A stretch of 64,000 nt of DNA from a virus. Under the pieces are notes generated by a model, which was not told where the DNA came from, did not search any database, and worked only from the letters and a program-made list of their open reading frames with translations. The position numbers were made by a program, and so were the translations under genes. The stretch covers positions 1 through 64,000 of the IMG/VR virus record IMGVR_UViG_3300032282_001564; one strand, written 5' to 3'. Of the stretch, positions 41,771 to 49,879 are shown piece by piece (the stretch's first letter is position 1; every line of letters starts with the position of its first letter).

Positions 41771-43843
41771 ATGGCATATGATTTAGTTAAAACAGACGGT
41801 TCCCACTTAACAACCTTAGGTGATGGTTATATTGATACCAGCACTGGTATTAATCTAATCGGGCGTAATACCCCGAGCTATGGCGACGCACAAAACGAAA
41901 ACTTTATTCGTTTATTAGAAAATTTTTCTGGCAAGCTAGATCCAAGCCAGCGTGGCGCTATCAATGCGTTAACTGGTACACTATGGTACGACACTAACAC
42001 AAATACTCTAAGAGCATACGATGGTATAAACTGGAACACAACAAGTGGCCCAATCGTTGCAAACACCGCACCACTATTAACAGGCGGTACTGAATCATTA
42101 AAGTTTGGCGCACTATGGTATGATGTTCCTAACCAACAATTAAACACATGGACTGGTGTCGAGTGGAAATTAGTTGGACCACAAGCTAAAGCTAGCCAAG
42201 GCAAAAGCGGAAACTATGTTGAAACAATATTAGATCCAGCTGGTGTTTACCATATTGTAGTTAACCAATACATTAACAATAATTTAGTCAGCATTACTAG
42301 TTTTGATGGTGAGTTTACTCCATTGACAGCTATTGCTGGATTTACAACTATTCGTCCAGGTGTTAACTTAACAACATTAAATGTTAGTACTGTATTAAAT
42401 GGCACAGCAACTAACAGTATTAAATTTAATAACTTATTTGCCAATGCATTTGCTAGAGTTGACCAACCAACTACATTTACATCAGATGTTTCTGTCAACG
42501 GAAACTTAATTTTATCAAGTGCTAACATTTATTATAATTCTGCAAGCAAAAGTCTAACAGCATACAATTATGCACTAAATGGCAATGTTGACATTTATGT
42601 TAATAAGGCCGCAGTTAAAACTAGTGTACTACATATCAATGGCGCTACTGGTTTAGCAGAAATTAACGGCGACCCAGTTACTGATAATGGTATAGCAACA
42701 AAACACTATGTAGATCAAATTAATGACGAACTGTTTGCTAACCTAGATGTTACAACAGGTCGTTTACAATATGCCTTAGATAACTTTAATACTGATTATC
42801 TATCTAATATTAACGCAGTTATTAGTTCAACTAATGCCAACCTAAATGCTGTACAAGCAGGCATTAACTCAAACGTAACTACATTAACAACTTTAACAAA
42901 TAATAGATTAAACTATGCTAACGTCTACTTAAATTTCTTACAACAAGAAGTTGAAGTAGTAGCCTACAGTGATTCGTTAAAGGCCCCAATTGAAAGCCCA
43001 ACCTTTACTGGCAATGCAATAGCACCAAACGTAGCCGCAATGAATAATTATATTACTTCATTGGCAGGTAGTCAGTATCAAATTAGTTTAGTTAGCCCAG
43101 TAGCATCTGTAGCAAATGGCGCATTCTTAACGCAACAAATTGTATCTACTCCTTGGTCATCAAATACTGTATACAACTTAGGTTCGATTGTTTATCATGG
43201 CGGTAATAGTTATGTAGTCAACGGTAACGTGTTTGCTAATACATGGGCAAACGTAGTAACTGGTGCGGCACAATATGTATACAGCGGTTCTATATTAACA
43301 ACTGGAAACTATCGTGTAATCGCAAACGTAAATGGATCAACTACAGTCCCTGTCACTGTTATTACAAATAATTTAAACTTTACATACCCAAGCGTAGTTG
43401 AAATTAACGGCGTTGTAATTAATAATCAAATTACAGGAATAAGTTTAATTTCTCCAGGACTAAGTTACCCTGGTATTGGTGATAACAGCGGACGTATTGC
43501 AACTACAGCCTACGTTGATGCAACTGCTAACTTAGTATATGGTGACTATGATCACCGTATTAGACAAGAAATAACAAACCGTATTAATTATGTTGACACA
43601 TCAGTTGCACCAAAGGCAAATATTGCCAGCCCAACACTTACAGGAACGCCGGCCGCCCCAACAGCAACCCCATTAACTTGGTCAACAGCCGGGCACAATC
43701 CCTTAAGTGGTGACACAACTACAACTATAGCAACTACAGCATACGTAGCAACGTCAATATCAAATCAAAAATTTAACTATACAGTTTCTACACAACCTCC
43801 TAGTGGTGGTTCTGATGGGGATTTCTGGTTCCAGGTGGATTAA
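41771..43843 (+). CDS. Tail fibre / virion structural protein (paralog 1)
   Basis: N-terminal MAY....DG...DG..DTS..L.G.N...YG...NENF..LLENF, G.LWYD; SPTLTGTP.APT and IATTAYV fibre motifs. Confidence 0.75.
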   Translation: MAYDLVKTDGSHLTTLGDGYIDTSTGINLIGRNTPSYGDAQNENFIRLLENFSGKLDPSQRGAINALTGTLWYDTNTNTLRAYDGINWNTTSGPIVANTAPLLTGGTESLKFGALWYDVPNQQLNTWTGVEWKLVGPQAKASQGKSGNYVETILDPAGVYHIVVNQYINNNLVSITSFDGEFTPLTAIAGFTTIRPGVNLTTLNVSTVLNGTATNSIKFNNLFANAFARVDQPTTFTSDVSVNGNLILSSANIYYNSASKSLTAYNYALNGNVDIYVNKAAVKTSVLHINGATGLAEINGDPVTDNGIATKHYVDQINDELFANLDVTTGRLQYALDNFNTDYLSNINAVISSTNANLNAVQAGINSNVTTLTTLTNNRLNYANVYLNFLQQEVEVVAYSDSLKAPIESPTFTGNAIAPNVAAMNNYITSLAGSQYQISLVSPVASVANGAFLTQQIVSTPWSSNTVYNLGSIVYHGGNSYVVNGNVFANTWANVVTGAAQYVYSGSILTTGNYRVIANVNGSTTVPVTVITNNLNFTYPSVVEINGVVINNQITGISLISPGLSYPGIGDNSGRIATTAYVDATANLVYGDYDHRIRQEITNRINYVDTSVAPKANIASPTLTGTPAAPTATPLTWSTAGHNPLSGDTTTTIATTAYVATSISNQKFNYTVSTQPPSGGSDGDFWFQVD

Positions 43844-43846
43844 AAC

Positions 43847-44908
43847 ATGTCATATGGTCGCGGCGTCTTTGTTAAGCGAAACGGAATATGGACTGAAACA
43901 ACTCCACGAATCTTTGATTCAAATATAGCACCCGTTGATTCTGTAACAGTAACAATTACTGTAAATGGTGCTGGTGGTGGGTCGGGTGCCAGTGATGCCG
44001 CAGGTGCAGGATACACAGGAATCCCAGGTCGCCGTGTTACCGGTACTATTACACTACATCAAAATGATTTTTTACAAATAGCCTGTGGATCTGCAGGTGC
44101 CGACGGCAGTGGTGGCGGTAATGCCGCTGGCGGTACTAATCCATTGGGATTCAATGGTGGTCAGGGCGGATATCCTGGCAATGAAGGATCGTCCGGTGGT
44201 GGTGGCGGCGGCGGAGCTGCCAGTGTTGTTCTATTAAATAGAGAAGTTATTATTGTTGCTGGTGGTGGTGGTGGAGGCGGTGGCTCTGGTGCTAATTCCC
44301 CGGGACGTGCGGCCGCTAATGCAAGTCAAAATACAGGATCTAATTTAGGAACACCTGGGCAAGATAAAACCTACGGTGGTGAGCATCCAGCACCACAGGG
44401 TGGTGGTGGCGGTTGTAAGATTATCTGTACTAAGCTGTATCAGTTGGGACTACTACCAGAAGAAATATATGCGGCAGACCAAGCCTACGGAGAACAACTA
44501 CAAGAACGTATGCCTATGTTATACAATGGATATCGTGCATGGGCAGAAGTTGTTGTTGATTGGATGAGCGGAAGCGGTCCTAAGATGATGCCTTGGATGT
44601 CGGATGAAGAATTTAGTCAGGCCGCTACTAAGTGGTCAGTTAAGTGGGCAGAAGATATTGCTACACCATGGGCTGAAGAAATGGCTTATCAAATGGGATC
44701 AAGAGACCAAGGTAACTTAATTGGTAAAGCAATTATGGCTGTTGGTGTACCTATTAGTATCGTTGTTGGTGTGTGGAATAAAGTATTTGGCGAAAGCAAA
44801 CGCCCAACAGGATTTGTTAAAGGTATAGCATTAATTGGTGTATTTACATTGTTACGCAGTATTGTAGCAGTAGGAAATACTCTAAAGAAAATTAAAGGAA
44901 GCAAGTAA
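43847..44908 (+). CDS. Glycine-rich tail adhesin N-half fused to CKIICT C-terminal domain
   Basis: GAGGG polyglycine repeats to aa 189, then CKIICTKL...YNGYRAWA...IATPWAEEMAY.MG and hydrophobic/basic tail. Confidence 0.7.
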   Translation: MSYGRGVFVKRNGIWTETTPRIFDSNIAPVDSVTVTITVNGAGGGSGASDAAGAGYTGIPGRRVTGTITLHQNDFLQIACGSAGADGSGGGNAAGGTNPLGFNGGQGGYPGNEGSSGGGGGGGAASVVLLNREVIIVAGGGGGGGGSGANSPGRAAANASQNTGSNLGTPGQDKTYGGEHPAPQGGGGGCKIICTKLYQLGLLPEEIYAADQAYGEQLQERMPMLYNGYRAWAEVVVDWMSGSGPKMMPWMSDEEFSQAATKWSVKWAEDIATPWAEEMAYQMGSRDQGNLIGKAIMAVGVPISIVVGVWNKVFGESKRPTGFVKGIALIGVFTLLRSIVAVGNTLKKIKGSK

Positions 44909-46581
44909 TGGCAGACGGAGGCGGCGGAGGCGGCGGAGGCGGAGGCCACTGGGGCGGTATTGGTGGCGCAACCTACGGCGGAGATGATGGTGCGTATAGT
45001 GGAGCTTTTGGTGGCTCCTTGGCTCCTGCTGGCTTTACTACAAGCGTAGGACAAACAGGTCAAGGGTCGGTAGTAATTACATATACAGCTACACAACAAT
45101 TATTTGTTGGCGGCACAGTTACCCATAATGGTACAACGTGGACTCATACTTTTGCTCCGGGTACTACAACTTATTTTGTATCAAATTTCCCGGGACCTTA
45201 TAAACAAATTAGACGTGGATGGGCTAAACTCAATGGTACATGGAAAGATTTTTATCCTAGTACAGGTGCTGTGTCCTTTGCTTCATATGGACAGATAATA
45301 GCCAAACTACCACACCTTGATCCTTCAATGGAAGTTAGTCCCGATATTGCTGGTTTATTGTCGCAAGGTATTACTGTTACTCCGACAACTACTGGAGTAG
45401 CACCAGCGGATACTGATGCAACTAGGGAATGGTTTAACTATCAGAGTGGATTAATAGCCGCATCTGTAAAACAATATTATCTAAGTCAGGTTACTCCGTA
45501 TCCTGTAACTGCAAGTTATTTTGTAGCTCATATGCTACCTAAGCCAGATGGAAAAGTAGTAGTACAGGACTACACAGGTTCAGCAGTTAATTTTTCTAAT
45601 GTATCTAACATAGTAGGAACTGCATACACTTATATTTTTGATCCAACACATAACGCACAAAATTTAAAATACGAAGATGATTTTATAAACGCTGTAAACT
45701 CAGCAATTATGTTGAGCAACATTAATAAAGAAATAGCATGGGATAGTCCTAGCCAAAGTTTTACTTTTAAAGTACCAAGAGGCATTCATAGTGTCAGCGT
45801 TGACGTTGTCGGCGCCGGAGGCGGTGGTGGTGGGTCTGACGAAGTTGGTGTAGGATCAGCCGGAGGCGGTGGTGGGTCGGGTGGATATCAAATAAATCAA
45901 ATATTAAATGTTGTGCCAGGAGAGTACTTAACTATTACTCCGGGTAAACCTGGCTTTGGCGCACCTTTTGTAGGACGGACTACTCGAGCACCAGCCGGTG
46001 GCGCCGGTGGCGATTCTATCATTGCTGGAGAGTTTGGCAGTATAACTGCAACTGGCGGTAAAGGTGGTGCAGGTGGTGCTAGTGACGAAATACCACAACC
46101 AAGTGGCGGTGGAGGTGGCGGCTGTAAAATTATCTGTACTAAACTACATGAGTTTGGTTACTTGTCAGATCACATATACGAAGCTGACGAACGCTTTGGC
46201 GAATACTTACGAGCCAACGATCCATACGCATACTATGGATATGTTAAATGGGCGTCAGTTGTTGTTGACTGGATGGAAAAAGATGGCCCACAATGTATGT
46301 TCTGGATACGTGATAAAGAAAAGCGTAACCAAGCACAACGTACAATGGCAATTAACTGGGCAAGACGTATTGCTACACCATGGGCAGAACATATGGCCTA
46401 CATAATGGGCGTAGGAGAAAAAGACAATCGTGCAGGTAAGCTAATCATGAAAACAGGTATGTGGGTAAGTCGCATGATTGGTAAGTATACAAAAACAACA
46501 GAACCAACTAAGAGTGTAGCACTAGGTTACGTAATGTGGGCTACATTTGGTGTATTCTGGTTATTAGCGGGAGTTAAATAA
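44908..46581 (+). CDS. Glycine-rich tail protein: C-half of adhesin domain 1, linker, N-half of domain 2, CKIICT C-terminal domain
   Basis: Starts MADGGGGGGGGGG...GSVVITY; F.VP.G..SV.V.VVGAGGGGG; CKIICTKL from aa 406; hydrophobic C-terminus. Confidence 0.7.
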   Translation: MADGGGGGGGGGGHWGGIGGATYGGDDGAYSGAFGGSLAPAGFTTSVGQTGQGSVVITYTATQQLFVGGTVTHNGTTWTHTFAPGTTTYFVSNFPGPYKQIRRGWAKLNGTWKDFYPSTGAVSFASYGQIIAKLPHLDPSMEVSPDIAGLLSQGITVTPTTTGVAPADTDATREWFNYQSGLIAASVKQYYLSQVTPYPVTASYFVAHMLPKPDGKVVVQDYTGSAVNFSNVSNIVGTAYTYIFDPTHNAQNLKYEDDFINAVNSAIMLSNINKEIAWDSPSQSFTFKVPRGIHSVSVDVVGAGGGGGGSDEVGVGSAGGGGGSGGYQINQILNVVPGEYLTITPGKPGFGAPFVGRTTRAPAGGAGGDSIIAGEFGSITATGGKGGAGGASDEIPQPSGGGGGGCKIICTKLHEFGYLSDHIYEADERFGEYLRANDPYAYYGYVKWASVVVDWMEKDGPQCMFWIRDKEKRNQAQRTMAINWARRIATPWAEHMAYIMGVGEKDNRAGKLIMKTGMWVSRMIGKYTKTTEPTKSVALGYVMWATFGVFWLLAGVK

Positions 46582-46582
46582 A

Positions 46583-46996
46583 ATGGGAATTAGTTTAGAA
46601 GAGTTTTTAAAAGATAGAGAAGCTTGTGCTCATTGCGATGAAACAGGCAACCAAGAAACTTGCATTACTACATTGCTAAGTCGTGAAGATAGTTGCATTT
46701 TTTATAACGCATTAACTAAAAATGGTGACCCACACGATGATACTGATGTAGCGTATTTGCAAAACTTCCGAGCAGTAATGCCGGGGCACAAAGTACTTGA
46801 TTATTATGTTCGTGCTAGTAAGATAGTACAGGCAATCAATGATGAGCCCGGTGATCACACAGATCTATGGATGGATATTACTCGACAATATGTACATCCA
46901 ATTATTGCAGAAGTACGTTCTGGAAAAAATGAAGAAGCGTATGCCGCTATTTTGGCAATGCTTGATACATTAGAAACAGGAAAACAAGGAGAATAA
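46583..46996 (+). CDS. Stand-alone CFI-box-CTERM-like protein
   Basis: CITT...DD.....LQNFR.......DYY..A.KIV.AI pattern resembles CFI-box-CTERM domain from memory. Confidence 0.45.
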   Translation: MGISLEEFLKDREACAHCDETGNQETCITTLLSREDSCIFYNALTKNGDPHDDTDVAYLQNFRAVMPGHKVLDYYVRASKIVQAINDEPGDHTDLWMDITRQYVHPIIAEVRSGKNEEAYAAILAMLDTLETGKQGE

Positions 46997-46997
46997 T

Positions 46998-47306
46998 ATG
47001 CCAGCAGGTGGAGCAGGTGGATTACCAAACGGAAATCCTGGAGCAGACGGCGAACAAGGTAGTGTTGAGAGTAGTTCCAATACTGGTGGCGCTGGCGGCG
47101 GCACACCTTTTGGCGTAGGCGGATCTAGTAGTATTTCGTATCCTAACGGTACCAGAGGTACTGGGTATGGGGCAGGCGGCGGAGGTGCAAGTGCTCCTAA
47201 CGGTGTAGACCCTCTTAACTGGACGGGCGGCGATGGATCATTTGGGTTAATTACAGTATATTGGGGTCCTAAGTATGATCCTAACTATACTAATAAGCCC
47301 TATTAG
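46998..47306 (+). CDS. Glycine-rich protein: C-half of adhesin domain 2
   Basis: GGAGG.PNG, G.GYGAGGGGA, GGDG..GLITVYW; SD AAGGAG. Confidence 0.7.
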   Translation: MPAGGAGGLPNGNPGADGEQGSVESSSNTGGAGGGTPFGVGGSSSISYPNGTRGTGYGAGGGGASAPNGVDPLNWTGGDGSFGLITVYWGPKYDPNYTNKPY

Positions 47307-47342
47307 GAATTATGATAAGTATAGTATAAAGAGAACAGTAAT

Positions 47343-49289
47343 ATGGCATATACAATAACAAAAACAGACGGTACAACCCTAACAACTATCAATGATGGGT
47401 TCTTAGACACGAGTACCAGCCTAAGTTTACCCGGTCCAAACTATGTTGGATACGGTCAAAAACTCAACGAAAATCTAGTTTATTTGTTAGAAAATTTTGC
47501 CGGGAATAGTTCTCCAACTGGTTTAAACGTTGAAGGACAACTGTGGTATGACAAAATTAATACTACATTAAACGTCTTTACAAAATATGGATATCTTCCT
47601 GTTGCTGGTGTAGTAGTATCTGGCAGTCGTCCAGTAGTACAAAAAGTTGGCGACGTTTGGTTTAATACAGCAACTAATCAATATTACTTGTATGATGGTA
47701 CTGACTATAGATTAGTCGGGCCAGTGTACACTAAAACACAAGGCGTAAGTGGCGCGATTCCTGTAGATATTATAGAAAGCCTAGGCACACCACATAACGC
47801 ACTACAATTACAATTTGGCAATACTGTTATTGCTGTCATTAGCGAAAAACCTACATACGCAGTAGGCCCTGGTGGCGGCCCAACAGGGTTTACATATATT
47901 AATCCGGGTATTACATTTAGGAATGACATCCACGCTACCATAAACAGTAACCTGGTAGGAGACGTAACAGGTAACGTAGTAGGCTATATCACTGGTGATG
48001 TAGTTGGTAACCTTAGAGGTAATGTAGTAGCATCTACATTAGTTGGTAGCTTAACTGGTAACGTAGTAGCTACAACATTAAGAGGTAACTTAACAGGCAA
48101 TACTGTTACAACCAATAGCGTTACAACAAATTTTAGCACAGGCAATGCGGTAATTACAGGTGGTTACATAACCGGCATTTCCAATATTGGTGTAACTTCG
48201 GCAACAGTACAAAACCTTAGAGCCGCTAACGCTGTAATTACAGGTGGTTACATCAATAACATTGCTAATATCTCTGTTACATCTGCCGTAGTTAATAACA
48301 TTACTATGACCACTGGTACAATTGGCGCATTGTCAATCGGAAGTGCTCAAGTTGCATCTGGTGATTTATACAATATTGGTAATATTAACGTTACTACGAT
48401 TGAAGCTGATAACATTAGCACAGGCAACGCTGTAATTACTGGTGGCTATATCAATAACATAGTTAACCTTGGTGCAAGTACCGGTAGTTTCCAAAACTTA
48501 ACAGCATCAATCATTAACGCCCAAGGCGGTAACTTTAACGGCATCAGTAACTTTAATGCCTTCACTGCTCAAACAAATAACTTTAGTACAGGCAATGCAT
48601 GGATTACAGGTGGTAACCTTGTAAGCGTACCACTGTATAACAATACTATCACAGCCGCTAACCTGGTCAATGCTACAACCGCAACTCCTGCAACTAATAA
48701 TAGAAGTACAGCAGTAGCAACAACAGCATTTGTTCATAATGTTATGCCAACTGGTGCTATTATTATGTGGGCTGGCTCAATTAATAGCATTCCGTCGGGT
48801 TGGGCACTATGCGATGGTAGTAATGGAACTCCAGACTTGCGTGATCGCTTTATTGTTGGTGCCGGTACAGCAAACATTGGTACTACTGGTGGATCTGCTA
48901 CCACAACATTAACGCAGGCAATGTTACCTCCACACATACACTCAGTTAGTTTAACCGGTAATACCAATGCTGGTGGTACACACTCACACATTGCGTCAGT
49001 TACTGAAACAGCTCACACGCACACATACGATAGAGCTACATTAAATTCTGCCGCGTTTAACTATAACAATGCATATCCACAGAGTGGCACAGCATACACC
49101 TATAGTTTAACCAACACAAGTACTACAACTGGTACAAGATCTACGGGTCTAAGCGTTGGTGTTTCACAAGCCGCTGACCATATACACTCAATTACAATAA
49201 CAGGTAATACTGGATCTATTGGTTCTAGTACATCATTTGATACACGCCCACCATATTATACATTGTGCTTCTTACAAAAGGCGTATTAA
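47343..49289 (+). CDS. Tail fibre with collar domain and HxH tip (paralog 2)
   Basis: Shared MAY..LENF N-terminus; PTGAIIMW, GWALCDG.NGTPDLRDRFIVGAG collar; HIH, HSH, HTH motifs; RPPYY.LCFL. Confidence 0.85.
   Translation: MAYTITKTDGTTLTTINDGFLDTSTSLSLPGPNYVGYGQKLNENLVYLLENFAGNSSPTGLNVEGQLWYDKINTTLNVFTKYGYLPVAGVVVSGSRPVVQKVGDVWFNTATNQYYLYDGTDYRLVGPVYTKTQGVSGAIPVDIIESLGTPHNALQLQFGNTVIAVISEKPTYAVGPGGGPTGFTYINPGITFRNDIHATINSNLVGDVTGNVVGYITGDVVGNLRGNVVASTLVGSLTGNVVATTLRGNLTGNTVTTNSVTTNFSTGNAVITGGYITGISNIGVTSATVQNLRAANAVITGGYINNIANISVTSAVVNNITMTTGTIGALSIGSAQVASGDLYNIGNINVTTIEADNISTGNAVITGGYINNIVNLGASTGSFQNLTASIINAQGGNFNGISNFNAFTAQTNNFSTGNAWITGGNLVSVPLYNNTITAANLVNATTATPATNNRSTAVATTAFVHNVMPTGAIIMWAGSINSIPSGWALCDGSNGTPDLRDRFIVGAGTANIGTTGGSATTTLTQAMLPPHIHSVSLTGNTNAGGTHSHIASVTETAHTHTYDRATLNSAAFNYNNAYPQSGTAYTYSLTNTSTTTGTRSTGLSVGVSQAADHIHSITITGNTGSIGSSTSFDTRPPYYTLCFLQKAY
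48130..48620 (+). repeat. Four degenerate N(F/I)STGNAVITGGYI repeats in fibre shaft
   Basis: DNA copies of GC.GTAATTAC.GGTGG near 48145, 48230, 48428 and a variant near 48597. Confidence 0.7.
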
Positions 49290-49879
49290 TGATAATTGAG
49301 CTTGACAATTATGTAAATGCTGAGGACCTTGCTTATATACGTGAGCAAATTGAACCACGCATTACCGGATATGGCGAGCCAAACGAATACCATAGGGCTG
49401 GCACTACTTTAACAATAGCGAAAATTTCAGAATTAACAGATTTGAATTCTCGTTTGAGCAACATATTCCGCAATGTTAAAGTACGCATCAGAAGAGATTA
49501 CCGCCCAAGTTATAGTGGCATGGGTGATAGTGGCTACGAATTCCATAGATATCAGCCCGGGGATATTTGCAAACCCCACGGCGACAGCGAAATTGTAGCT
49601 GGGGAACCACATTTACGTTACGCCAGTGTGGTACTGCACTTAAATACAGTAGAAACTGGCGGGGAATTAATATTCCCAACCCAAGATATTCGGGTAAAAA
49701 CAAAAGCAGGAAAAATAGTAGTTTTTCCGCCCTACGGCATGTTTAATCATTACACAACCCCAAGCGAAGAAGTACGAGATGTAATAGTAACTTGGTTTAC
49801 ATATGATGGATTAAGTGTTGTTAAAAACGGCATAAATATAACGAGCAATCAAGGATTATTAAATGGCATACACAATTGA
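49289..49879 (+). CDS. 2OG-Fe(II) oxygenase (prolyl-4-hydroxylase-like)
   Basis: HGD, VLHLN...GGELIFP, G..VVFP....H, distal Arg; ATG overlaps upstream stop. Confidence 0.85.
   Translation: MIIELDNYVNAEDLAYIREQIEPRITGYGEPNEYHRAGTTLTIAKISELTDLNSRLSNIFRNVKVRIRRDYRPSYSGMGDSGYEFHRYQPGDICKPHGDSEIVAGEPHLRYASVVLHLNTVETGGELIFPTQDIRVKTKAGKIVVFPPYGMFNHYTTPSEEVRDVIVTWFTYDGLSVVKNGINITSNQGLLNGIHN

Noticed and set aside
44890-44920. Sequencing frameshift artificially splitting the Gly-rich genes
   Set aside because: The junction is a TAATG stop-start overlap with an AAGGA SD, ORF 46998 has its own AAGGAG SD, and the split architecture occurs twice.
44414-46581. Classical intein/Hint domain after the GGGGG-C junctions
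   Set aside because: No CF..GT.V start, TxxH block or terminal HN; the sequence looks helical, so it is treated as a distinct domain.
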